Shown: one piece after another, positions 26,780 through 34,930 of the stretch
Layout of the letters: every line of letters starts with the position of its first letter
Numbering within the stretch: position 1 is the stretch's first letter
NCBI GenBank assembly: GCA_041394265.1
Contig: JAWKIO010000005.1
Location: forward strand, 925,976-989,975
DNA length: 64,000 nt
Origin: Acidimicrobiales bacterium
GTDB taxonomy: Bacteria; Actinomycetota; Acidimicrobiia; Acidimicrobiales; SZUA-35
Direction: 5' to 3'
Translations under genes and position numbers: made by a program
The notes under the pieces: generated by a model
Databases searched by the model: none
What the model saw: only the letters and a program-made list of their open reading frames with translations
Told to the model about the DNA's origin: nothing

Positions 26780-28381
26780 ATGGCACCGAAGAACGTCTGC
26801 GTCATCCTGCTCGACTCGTTGAACCGCCACATGCTCGGGTCGTACGGGTCGACCGAGTTCGAGACCCCGAATCTGGACCGCTTCGCCCGGGAGCGCGCCG
26901 CACGGTTCACGCGTCACGTCACCGGATCACTGCCCTGCATGCCTGCCCGTCACGACATCCTGGTCGGCGCGCTCGACTTCTTGTGGAAGCCGTGGGGCTC
27001 GATCGAGATCTGGGAGCAACCGATCACGCGAGTGCTGCGAGACAAGGGGATCACGAGCTACCTGGCCACCGATCATCCACACCTGTTCGAGACTGGTGGC
27101 GAGAACTACCACACCGACTTCTCCGCCTGGCACTACGTGCGAGGTCACGAGGGTGATCCGTGGCGAACCGTGCCCGACCCATCGTGGATCGGCAATCCCG
27201 AACGTCCCGCGGTGCCGGCGCAGGGTGGTGGCTGGTTCCTGTCGAAGATGCTGGGGCAGGAGGTGCACGACCGGCCGTACGACACGAGCCGCACCTGGTT
27301 CCGCGACGAGGCCGACTATCCCGGCCCACGCACCATGGTCGATGCTGCCCGCTTCCTCGAGGACGAAGCCCCACAGCACGATCGCTGGTTCTGTTTCGTC
27401 GACGAGTTCGACCCCCACGAGCCGTTCGACACACCCGAGCCATGGGCGTCGATGTACCAGGACGGTGGATCGTGGGACGCCGACTACATGATCTGGCCCC
27501 CGTACGTCCACGGAGGGGTCTCGAAGGGGCACCTCACCGAGGCCGAAGCCCGGCATCTGCGGGCCAACTACGGCGCCAAACTGTCGATGATCGACCACTG
27601 GTTCGGCCGGATCCTCGATGCGTTCGACCGCCGGAACCTGTGGGATGACACCGCCCTCATCGTGTGCACCGACCACGGCCACTACCTCGGTGACCCTCGT
27701 GAGGGCCACGACATCTGGGGCAAGCCCGGTGTACCTCAGTTCGAGCCGCTCGGTCACACGCCGCTGTTGATCCACTGGCCTGGGGCCAGCGGCGACCGCG
27801 GGGCGCGGCCCGGGGCCACGATCGATGCGCTCACCACCAATGTGGATCTGTTCGCCACGCTGGTCGATGTGTTCGACGTCGAGGTCGCACATCGGACCCA
27901 CGGTCGCTCACTCGTGCCGCTGCTCGACGGCTCGGCCGAGTCGGTGCGTGACTGGGCGATCGGCGGCGTGTGGGGCAACTGGATCCAGATCACGGACGGC
28001 CGGTACAAGTACGCTCGCGCCCCTGTCGAGTCGAACCTGCCGATCTCGATGTTCTCGAATCGTTGGTCGACCATGCCGGTGCACTTCCCGGGATTCGAGA
28101 CACTCCCCCTCCCCGACCAGCGAGCCTGGCTCGACACCATGCCCGGCTCCGAGCTCCCGGTGATCCGCCAGCCGTACGCCGCCGGCGACCGTATGCCGAT
28201 GTGGGCGGGAGGCCCTCACATCATCGGCCGGCACCACCTCTACGACCTCGCCAACGATCCCGACGAGCAGGAGAACCTCGCAGGCGGTCGCCTCGACGAA
28301 CAGCTGTGCGAGCTCATCCGATCTGCACTGGTCGAGTTGGAGGCGCCAACCGAACAGCTCGAACGAGTCGGACTCGGCTGA
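26780..28381 (+). CDS. sulfatase (formylglycine-dependent type)
   Basis: 533 aa. N-terminal VILLDSLNRH and sulfatase signature SLPCMPARHD (C-x-P-x-R). 5 nt after the ligase stop. Confidence 0.85.
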   Translation: MAPKNVCVILLDSLNRHMLGSYGSTEFETPNLDRFARERAARFTRHVTGSLPCMPARHDILVGALDFLWKPWGSIEIWEQPITRVLRDKGITSYLATDHPHLFETGGENYHTDFSAWHYVRGHEGDPWRTVPDPSWIGNPERPAVPAQGGGWFLSKMLGQEVHDRPYDTSRTWFRDEADYPGPRTMVDAARFLEDEAPQHDRWFCFVDEFDPHEPFDTPEPWASMYQDGGSWDADYMIWPPYVHGGVSKGHLTEAEARHLRANYGAKLSMIDHWFGRILDAFDRRNLWDDTALIVCTDHGHYLGDPREGHDIWGKPGVPQFEPLGHTPLLIHWPGASGDRGARPGATIDALTTNVDLFATLVDVFDVEVAHRTHGRSLVPLLDGSAESVRDWAIGGVWGNWIQITDGRYKYARAPVESNLPISMFSNRWSTMPVHFPGFETLPLPDQRAWLDTMPGSELPVIRQPYAAGDRMPMWAGGPHIIGRHHLYDLANDPDEQENLAGGRLDEQLCELIRSALVELEAPTEQLERVGLG

Positions 28382-28394
28382 ACGGCGCAGTGAC

Positions 28395-28718
28395 TCAGTA
28401 CCTGCCCACGTACTCGAACTCGGCGAACATCGTGGTGGCGTTGGGGAGGTCGGCGAGGGTGCCGTACTCACAACACGCGTCGTAGCGGCCCCACATCTCG
28501 AGCACCTCGGGATGGGAATGGGCAGCCTCGATGGCGTCGTGGCTCGCCCACTCGAAGTGCTCGATGATCGTGCCATCCGGGGCCCGGAGGACGAGCGACG
28601 GCGTGTCCGTCGCCAGACCGATGCGCCGCAGCAGCGGCACATGATCGAGCACCTCGGCCTCGAGGGCTTCCTGCCCGCCGGGCTTGGGTCGGTACACCGC
28701 AATGACGTGAACTCCCAT
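28395..28718 (-). CDS. small hypothetical protein, possibly ABM/Dabb ferredoxin-like fold
   Basis: 107 aa starting MGVHVIAVYRPKPGGQEALEAEVLDHVPLL...IEHFEWASHDAIEAAHSHPEV. GC3-rich. The fold call is only a resemblance. Confidence 0.5.
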   Translation of the reverse strand: MGVHVIAVYRPKPGGQEALEAEVLDHVPLLRRIGLATDTPSLVLRAPDGTIIEHFEWASHDAIEAAHSHPEVLEMWGRYDACCEYGTLADLPNATTMFAEFEYVGRY

Positions 28719-28835
28719 GGTCGCCGAGGTTAGTCAGCACCGAACACCGCGTCGCCACCACGTCGTTGGATCGTGGTGTTCACCGGACGCGCGGCTACGG
28801 TGCCGCCAACCATTTCCGAGGGAGGGAACCTCACC

Positions 28836-29489
28836 ATGAAGAAGTTGATGGCCGCGGCCTTTGCGGCGAGTTTGTTGATGAGTGCGTGCGGGAGTGGCAG
28901 CGACGAGGCTGCCGACGTCGTTGCGGCCGACGCAGCGAGCAGTGACGGCGCCGGTGAGGCGGTGACCGACACCGGGGCCGACGCCGAGGCAGCGACCGAC
29001 AACACCGCATCCGAAGAGACCACCGACGACACCGCAACCGAGGAGACCACCGACGACGCCGACGACGCCGAGAGCAGCGGCGACCTCTCGGCCGACGAAC
29101 AGGCACTGGCCGACGCGCTCACCGCGAGCTCGTACACCGAAGGCAACCCGTTCGAGAAGGCCGAGGTCCAATGTGCCAACGAGGCGCTCGTCTCATCGGT
29201 CGGTCTGGAGACGCTGAACAGTTACGGCATCACCGCCGACAACCCTGATGACACCCAACTGCCCGACGAATACGACGTCCAGCGCGTCGCGCTCGATGCC
29301 ATCCTGGGATGTGTCGACATTGCCGGCGCGATGCGGTCCATGGCCCCCGACTGCGAGATCGCCGTCAGCGACGACGAGATCGTGTTGGCGATGACCTACG
29401 AGTTCCTCGGAGGATTCCCGGAGTACGACGACCCGGACGCGGCGGCAGCCTCCGAAGCGATGGACACCGCAATGGGGGCATGCGGTTGA
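28836..29489 (+). CDS. acidic secreted lipoprotein, unknown function
   Basis: From ATG 28836 (GAGGGAGGGA RBS): MKKLMAAAFAASLLMSACGSG lipobox. A D/E/T-rich low-complexity region is followed by a ~110-aa domain with four Cys. Confidence 0.7.
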   Translation: MKKLMAAAFAASLLMSACGSGSDEAADVVAADAASSDGAGEAVTDTGADAEAATDNTASEETTDDTATEETTDDADDAESSGDLSADEQALADALTASSYTEGNPFEKAEVQCANEALVSSVGLETLNSYGITADNPDDTQLPDEYDVQRVALDAILGCVDIAGAMRSMAPDCEIAVSDDEIVLAMTYEFLGGFPEYDDPDAAAASEAMDTAMGACG

Positions 29490-29521
29490 TGCCGACCCCA
29501 TCGGTCGAGTGAACTGGCGGG

Positions 29522-30442
29522 GTGTCGAACGCTCCAACGCCCGCACCCGCCGACTATCTCGAGGCAACCCGATCGCTCTACGACAGCCTCGGCTACACGC
29601 CCTACCGCTGGGCCGAACGAACCGAGCCGGTGCCACTCGTGGCGCCGGCTCGATCGCTGTCGGACAGCCGAGTGCTGCTCATCGGATCCGGCGGGATCTA
29701 TCGCCACGGCCAAGTGGCCTTTGCCACCAAGGACGACACCTCCATCCGCACCATTGCCAGCGAGACGGCGGCCAGCGAACTGCGGACAGCGCATTTCGCC
29801 TACGACCAGACCGATGCCAGAGAAGATCCGAATTGTGTCTTCCCCCTCGGCCGGCTGCGTGAGCTCGCCGCCGAGGGTGTGATCGGCGGCATGACCGACC
29901 ATGCCGCGGCCTTCATGGGCGGCATCTACTCGGTCCGCCGGTTCGAGGCCGAGACCGTGCCCTCGCTGATCTCGCTCTGCGAGCAGGAAGAGCCCGACGT
30001 CGTCCTCCTCGTACCCGTCTGACCGGTCTGCCATCAGTCGGTCGGTCTGGCCGCACGCAGCATCGAAGCCGCCGGCTTCACCACCGTCACCCTCACGTCT
30101 GCCCTGTCCATCACCGAACGGGTCATGCCGCCTCGGTCGCTGTTCGTCGACGCACCACTGGGCCATACCGCCGGCCCCAAGCACGAGCCCGAGGTCGGGC
30201 GTGGGATCGTCGAGATGGCGCTCGGTCTGGTCGAACTCGACCTCCCGTCTGGTTCGATCGTCGACTCGGGTTACCGCTGGCCGAACGACGACTGGCGCGC
30301 CGACCCGCTGAGCTGGTCACGCAAACGAGAGGACGCCGGCGACGCGCCATCCGACCGTCCGAGCGGCGATACTCGCACCGAGCGCAGCGACGAGCCGCAG
30401 TATCAGAACAAGGCCGACCGACTGGCCGCCGAAGCAAGCTGA
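29522..30442 (+). CDS. GrdB/PrdB-family (glycine/sarcosine/betaine/D-proline reductase B-like) protein with in-frame TGA at 30020-30022: candidate selenoprotein, U167
   Basis: Track ORFs 29522-30022 and 30125-30442 are in the same frame (difference 603 = 3x201). Reading through the TGA gives ...PDVVLLVPV-U-PVCHQSVGLAARSIEAAGFTTVTLTSALSITERVMPPRSLFVDAPLGHTAG... with no further stop. The layout resembles GrdB around its Sec: beta strand, U-x-x-C, helix, E-x-x-G, PLG. A paralog at 47597-48823 has TGA at the same alignment position. Confidence 0.65.
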
Positions 30443-30478
30443 GGGCGACGCACTTCCCGATTCGACGCAACGGCGGGA

Positions 30479-30490
30479 ATGTACGTACAT
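30479..30490. promoter_or_regulatory. perfect 12-bp palindrome ATGTACGTACAT upstream of dps (candidate operator)
   Basis: Seen at 30479-30490, 45 nt before the dps GTG. A TATCGT -10-like hexamer lies at 30500-30505, which would put the palindrome over the -35 position. Confidence 0.3.
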
Positions 30491-30535
30491 CCAGCTCGGT
30501 TATCGTGAGTAGCAAGTTCACTTCTGGAGGTCATC

Positions 30536-31018
30536 GTGTCCGAATCCATCACCATCGACATCGGCATCAGCGAGGACGACCGCAAGGCGATTGCCGACGG
30601 CCTGTCCCGTCTCCTCGCCGACAGCTACACGCTCTACCTGAAGACCCACAACTATCACTGGAACGTGGTGGGCCCGATGTTCAACACGCTCCACCTCATG
30701 TTCGAGACCCATTACAACGAACTCGCCCTCGCGGTCGACCTCATCGCCGAGCGCATCCGCTCGCTGGGGGAGCCGGCACCCGGGACCTACCGCGAGTTCG
30801 CCGCCCTGTCCACGATCGACGAAGACACCGATCAACCCGACGCCACCGAGATGATCAGGCGGCTGGTGAAGGGCCACGAGGCAGTCGCCCGAACCGCACG
30901 CAGCGTCTACCCGATCGTCGAGAAGGCGAGCGACGAGCCGACGGCCGACCTCCTCACCCAGCGTCTACAGGTGCACGAGAAGACGGCATGGATGCTCCGC
31001 AGCATGCTCGAAGGCTGA
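30536..31018 (+). CDS. dps: DNA starvation/stationary-phase protection protein Dps (ferritin-like)
   Basis: 160 aa. [38 protein letters not shown] is the classic Dps ferroxidase-site region. GGAGG RBS 5 nt upstream of the GTG. Confidence 0.9.
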   Translation: MSESITIDIGISEDDRKAIADGLSRLLADSYTLYLKTHNYHWNVVGPMFNTLHLMFETHYNELALAVDLIAERIRSLGEPAPGTYREFAALSTIDEDTDQPDATEMIRRLVKGHEAVARTARSVYPIVEKASDEPTADLLTQRLQVHEKTAWMLRSMLEG

Positions 31019-31050
31019 CAGTCACGACCCGACGGGCGTAGCCTCGGGGC

Positions 31051-31830
31051 ATGGCCCACAGCCCCTATCCCCCATTCCAAGGTGTCGAGCCCATCGACAC
31101 TGAGCGATCGATCGAAGCCGAGCGGGCCCACCGTAAGCGGATGTGCGCGCTCGGCTATCGCATCTTCGGTGCCCTGCGCTGGGGTCAACTCGGCGACGGG
31201 CACATCTCGGCCCGAGACCCCGAGTACACGGACCACTTCTGGGTGCTCGACTGGGGCATCCCGTTCCGGGCGGCCACCGTCGGCGATCTCGTGCTGGTGG
31301 GCCCTGACGGATCGGTGAAGAACGGTGACGGCGAAGCAACCGGAGCCGTCAACACCGCGGGCTACAACATTCACGCTCCGCTCCTCGCTGCTCGTCCCGA
31401 CGTTGTCAGCGCCGCTCACACCCACACCGGTTTCGGCACGCCGTGGTCGGCCAACGTCGAGCCGTTCCAGCCCATCAGCCAGGAGTCGTGCGCCTTCGTG
31501 TTCGATCAGGCGATCTTCGACGATGAAGAGGTCGAGGTGCTCTCCCCGGACGGCGGGAAGCGGATCGCCGCTGCCCTGGGCGAGAACAAGCTCTGCATCC
31601 TCCGCAACCATGGGCTGCTCACCGTCTCCCCCACGGTCGAGGGTGCGGTCGGGTTCTTCGTGATGGCCGAGCGGGTGGCCGAGGTGCATGTGAAAGCCCC
31701 CAACGCCAAGCCCATCTCCGAAGAGTCTGCTCGAATCGCGGCTTCGACCCTGCAACCAGCCGAGGTGGGGTGGCGCTTGTTCCAGTGGCTCGTGAAGGAC
31801 CTCGTGCCCGACCCGACGATCGTCGACTGA
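31051..31830 (+). CDS. class II aldolase/adducin family protein
   Basis: 259 aa. GHISARDP..., metal-binding histidines (NIHAPLLAARPDVVSAAHTHT), and ILRNHGLLTV. Confidence 0.85.
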   Translation: MAHSPYPPFQGVEPIDTERSIEAERAHRKRMCALGYRIFGALRWGQLGDGHISARDPEYTDHFWVLDWGIPFRAATVGDLVLVGPDGSVKNGDGEATGAVNTAGYNIHAPLLAARPDVVSAAHTHTGFGTPWSANVEPFQPISQESCAFVFDQAIFDDEEVEVLSPDGGKRIAAALGENKLCILRNHGLLTVSPTVEGAVGFFVMAERVAEVHVKAPNAKPISEESARIAASTLQPAEVGWRLFQWLVKDLVPDPTIVD

Positions 31831-31839
31831 GTCCGGCCG

Positions 31840-33438
31840 CTAGGAAAAGGGCTCGAAGCTGACGGTCGAGTCGCGTGCGAGCTGTTCGACGAGCGCGACC
31901 TCCCACGTGAGGTAGTCCTGCATGTGTTGCTCGGGGACATCGTCATCGTGGTCGTAGGGCTTGTACCAGATGTCGTCGATCTCGGTGGTGGGTCGGGTGA
32001 GTCCGAGCTCGGGTGCGCCGCCGACTGCGATCCACGCTCGGGTGCCGCCGGCGAGCACCGACACCGAGGCGTTCGGCCAACGGGTCGCCACCTCACCGGC
32101 GGCGAGCGCCGCAAGCGCACCATCGGACGAGGTCACGATGACGCGCTCGGCGTCACCGATCGCCGCCCTCGCCTCGGCCAGTCGGCTGCGGACCGCCCAG
32201 TAGGCGCCGGGTAGGTGGCCGTGCCTGCGGTAGGCGAGGCTCGACGCCAGGTCGATCACGACGGTGCCGTCGGGGACACCGTCGACGAGAGTGGTCGGAT
32301 CGACCGGCGCCAGTGGATCGGCAACGATTCGGGCAGAACCCGACGGCCCGGACTCCCCGATCCTCGGGGCAGGCGTCATCACCACCGCGTCGCGCCAACC
32401 CATCTGGCGCAGCCACGATGCGGTCATCGACGCACGGACGCCGTCGTCGTCGAACAGCACCACTCGCGCATTTCGGGTGCCGATGTACGTGTCGGTGGCC
32501 TGGACCAGCTGCCCGCCGGCGGCATGCCGGGTTCCCGGCCGGTGCGCCTCGAGGTATTCCTCGGGTGAGCGCACGTCGAACAGGTACGTGGTGCGGTCTC
32601 GGTCTTCGAGCCATTCCTCGAGGATTACGTCGTCGATCACCTCGACACCGAAGCGTTCCCGCACCCGGTCGGCCCGTTCGATCGCCCAGGCCCGACTGCT
32701 GTCGCTCGGCGCCGGTGCGGCGATCTCGAGCCCAGTGGCGACCTGATGTCCGGCGAGCTGCCACCCCATCGTGCCGTTCTCGAGCGCAACCACTCGGTTC
32801 TCGAGTCCGGCGTTGATCAGCGATTGGGCGCCGATGATGCTCCGGGTACGACCGGCGCAGTTGACGATCACGAGGGTGTCGGGATCGGGAGCGACCTCCT
32901 TGACTCGGTGCACGAGTTCGGCGCCCGGGCAATCGACACCGGCCGGGATCGACATGCGTCGAAACTCTCCGAGCGGCCGCGAATCGAGCACGACCACATC
33001 GGCTCCGGTGTCGAGCAGCTTCGCCACCTCGTCGGCGGGAAGACGCGGTGTGCCGTAGGTGTGCTCGACGAACTCGCCGAAGGCCTTCGAGGGCACGTTG
33101 ACACCGGCGTACAACTCGTGGCCGCTGGACTGCCAGCCCTCGGTGCCGCCGGTCAGGAGAAACTGGTTGCTCCAACCGAGTTCACCGGCTCGGGCTGCCG
33201 CTCGGCTCGCCAAGCCCGAGGCACCGTCGTCACACCAGACCAGCCGAGTATCGAACCGGGGCACCAGGTCGCCGAGCACGAGTTCGAGCTTCGACACCGG
33301 CACATTCGTGGCGTGGAAGAGATGCGACTGGAAGTAGACACCTTCCTCGCGAGCGTCGAGTAGGGCCAGTTCGTCGCCGTCGGTCAGCCAGGCGGCGAGC
33401 GTGTTCGGATCGACGGTCGAGACGGTGCCGTCATTCAT
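31840..33438 (-). CDS. multi-domain rhodanese-like sulfurtransferase (four tandem rhodanese domains)
   Basis: 532 aa. Active-site loop NCAGRTRS in domain 2 and a Cys loop WCDDGASG in domain 1. Domains 3 and 4 carry D/S at the catalytic position (FDDDGVRAS, TSSDGALAA), so they are probably inactive. Confidence 0.85.
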   Translation of the reverse strand: MNDGTVSTVDPNTLAAWLTDGDELALLDAREEGVYFQSHLFHATNVPVSKLELVLGDLVPRFDTRLVWCDDGASGLASRAAARAGELGWSNQFLLTGGTEGWQSSGHELYAGVNVPSKAFGEFVEHTYGTPRLPADEVAKLLDTGADVVVLDSRPLGEFRRMSIPAGVDCPGAELVHRVKEVAPDPDTLVIVNCAGRTRSIIGAQSLINAGLENRVVALENGTMGWQLAGHQVATGLEIAAPAPSDSSRAWAIERADRVRERFGVEVIDDVILEEWLEDRDRTTYLFDVRSPEEYLEAHRPGTRHAAGGQLVQATDTYIGTRNARVVLFDDDGVRASMTASWLRQMGWRDAVVMTPAPRIGESGPSGSARIVADPLAPVDPTTLVDGVPDGTVVIDLASSLAYRRHGHLPGAYWAVRSRLAEARAAIGDAERVIVTSSDGALAALAAGEVATRWPNASVSVLAGGTRAWIAVGGAPELGLTRPTTEIDDIWYKPYDHDDDVPEQHMQDYLTWEVALVEQLARDSTVSFEPFS

Positions 33439-33478
33439 GGCAACGGCGTGCGGTCGGGGCGGGCCACTGTGATGTCGC

Positions 33479-34066
33479 TCATGTCAGGAGGGTACGACCG
33501 GGGCGGGCCTCGGTGATGTCAGAGTGGGCAGGGAAGATCTTCCACTCATCGGTGCGTTCCGAGTAGTACTCGCGTCGGTCGAGACGTTCGAGGGCGAGCC
33601 CGTAGCAGTGAAAGTTGAGGGCGGGCCCGCCGATGTGGATCGAGTGGAGATCGTCCGGAAGCATCGCAACGCCGGTGCCCGCCTCGACCATGTGCTCGCC
33701 CTTCTGAGACACGCCCGAGCCGCTGCGATCGAAGAAGCGGTTCAGTTCCTGCCCATGGAAGCCGACGACCACGGCCCAGGTGGTGTGGTTGTGCACCGGG
33801 CTCGAAGCCGACCCTCGGCTGGCGTTGGCGTAGAGCACGAACCGGTCATCGTCGTCCTGGGCGATGCGGTAGAGGCGGCTCTTCGAGGGTTCGTCGGCCG
33901 ACGGCGGCGGGAAGTCCTCGAGCGGGAACAGGTCACGCTGCGCGGTGAGCGCCAGCAGACGATCTCTGATCGCTTCGACGCCCGATCGCGTCACGCCCTG
34001 CGTCGCTTCGATGTTGCGGATGTCTTCCATGCACTCGGCAATCGCCGTCTGCCGTTGCTCGCTCAT
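33479..34066 (-). CDS. cupin, cysteine-dioxygenase-like (COG5553-type) metal-dependent enzyme
   Basis: 195 aa. PVHNHTTWAVVVGFHGQE fits the cupin motif-1 H-x-H...E, and DDLHSIHIGG supplies the second His motif. 40 nt upstream of the rhodanese gene on the same strand. Confidence 0.65.
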   Translation of the reverse strand: MSEQRQTAIAECMEDIRNIEATQGVTRSGVEAIRDRLLALTAQRDLFPLEDFPPPSADEPSKSRLYRIAQDDDDRFVLYANASRGSASSPVHNHTTWAVVVGFHGQELNRFFDRSGSGVSQKGEHMVEAGTGVAMLPDDLHSIHIGGPALNFHCYGLALERLDRREYYSERTDEWKIFPAHSDITEARPGRTLLT

Positions 34067-34083
34067 GTCGCGCTCCTTGCGGG

Positions 34084-34857
34084 TCAGCCGATGTTTCGGC
34101 GGAACAGGTCGTGGAGGCGTTCCCAGTGTTGCTCCGAGGCCGCCTTGTCATAGCTGGGCCGCTGCGAGAACGCGTAGCCGTGCTCGGTGCCCGGGTTCCA
34201 CTCGACTCGGCCCCGGGTGCCGTGCTCGGCCATGGCCGCTTCGAACTCGGCGATGAGCTCGGGCGGCGCCCAATGATCGGTCTCGGCACATCCGATGTAG
34301 ACCTCGGCATTCGACCGGGCGAGGCTGCGGTGCGGCGAGTCGTCGAACTCGGTGGCGAGCCGAACGCCATGGATCGACGCCGCGGCCTTCACCTGATCGG
34401 GGAAGGCGGCGGCTGCGGTGATGGCGAACGGGCCGCTCATGCAATAGCCGACGGTGCCCACTCGGCTGGTGTCGGCCGCTGGATCGTGATGTCGGACAGC
34501 CGTGCCGGTCGCCAGATCCTTCGCCAGATGGGCGAGCAGGTCGCCGACATCGCCGTCGACCATCGTGTTGGACAACGAGTTCATCAACTCGAACATCGTG
34601 TCGCGATCCTCGGTCTCGAAGACGTTGAACTCTCGGACCTTGCGGTAGTAGAGCTGCGGAGCGATCAGGTAGTAGCCGGCCGAGGCGAGGCGGCGACACA
34701 TGTCACGCAGCTCCTCGCGCATGCCCGGTGCGTCCATCAAGAACACCACCACGGGGTAGGGCCCGTCGCCGTCGGGGCGGACGCTGAACACCGGCATGTC
34801 GCCGTCGGCGGTCGTGAGGTCGAAGAACTGTTCGATCATGGCGCCAGCTTTCCCCAT
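34084..34857 (-). CDS. dienelactone hydrolase family protein
   Basis: PVVVFLMDAPGMRE..., nucleophile region VGYCMSGPFA (Cys nucleophile as in DLH), ...GTEHGYAF. The start is ATG 34857 (MGKAGAMIEQ) or 34839. The track start at 35013 is an extension. Confidence 0.8.
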   Translation of the reverse strand: MGKAGAMIEQFFDLTTADGDMPVFSVRPDGDGPYPVVVFLMDAPGMREELRDMCRRLASAGYYLIAPQLYYRKVREFNVFETEDRDTMFELMNSLSNTMVDGDVGDLLAHLAKDLATGTAVRHHDPAADTSRVGTVGYCMSGPFAITAAAAFPDQVKAAASIHGVRLATEFDDSPHRSLARSNAEVYIGCAETDHWAPPELIAEFEAAMAEHGTRGRVEWNPGTEHGYAFSQRPSYDKAASEQHWERLHDLFRRNIG

Positions 34858-34930
34858 CGGTGGGCCGTGTGCGAGCCGAACGAGAATGCACAGGCTGGCA
34901 TGGCTGCGACCAGGCACGTAGGTTGCGTGC

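Noticed and set aside
29522-30442. Interpretation of the two split GrdB-like genes as pseudogenes or as genuinely separate small ORFs
   Set aside because: TGA sits at the identical aligned codon in two diverged paralogs. Conserved residues flank it on both sides. The x-x-Cys context matches known Sec redox motifs. The downstream parts lack their own plausible starts or RBS right after the stop. The pseudogene reading is not fully excluded without sel-gene evidence.
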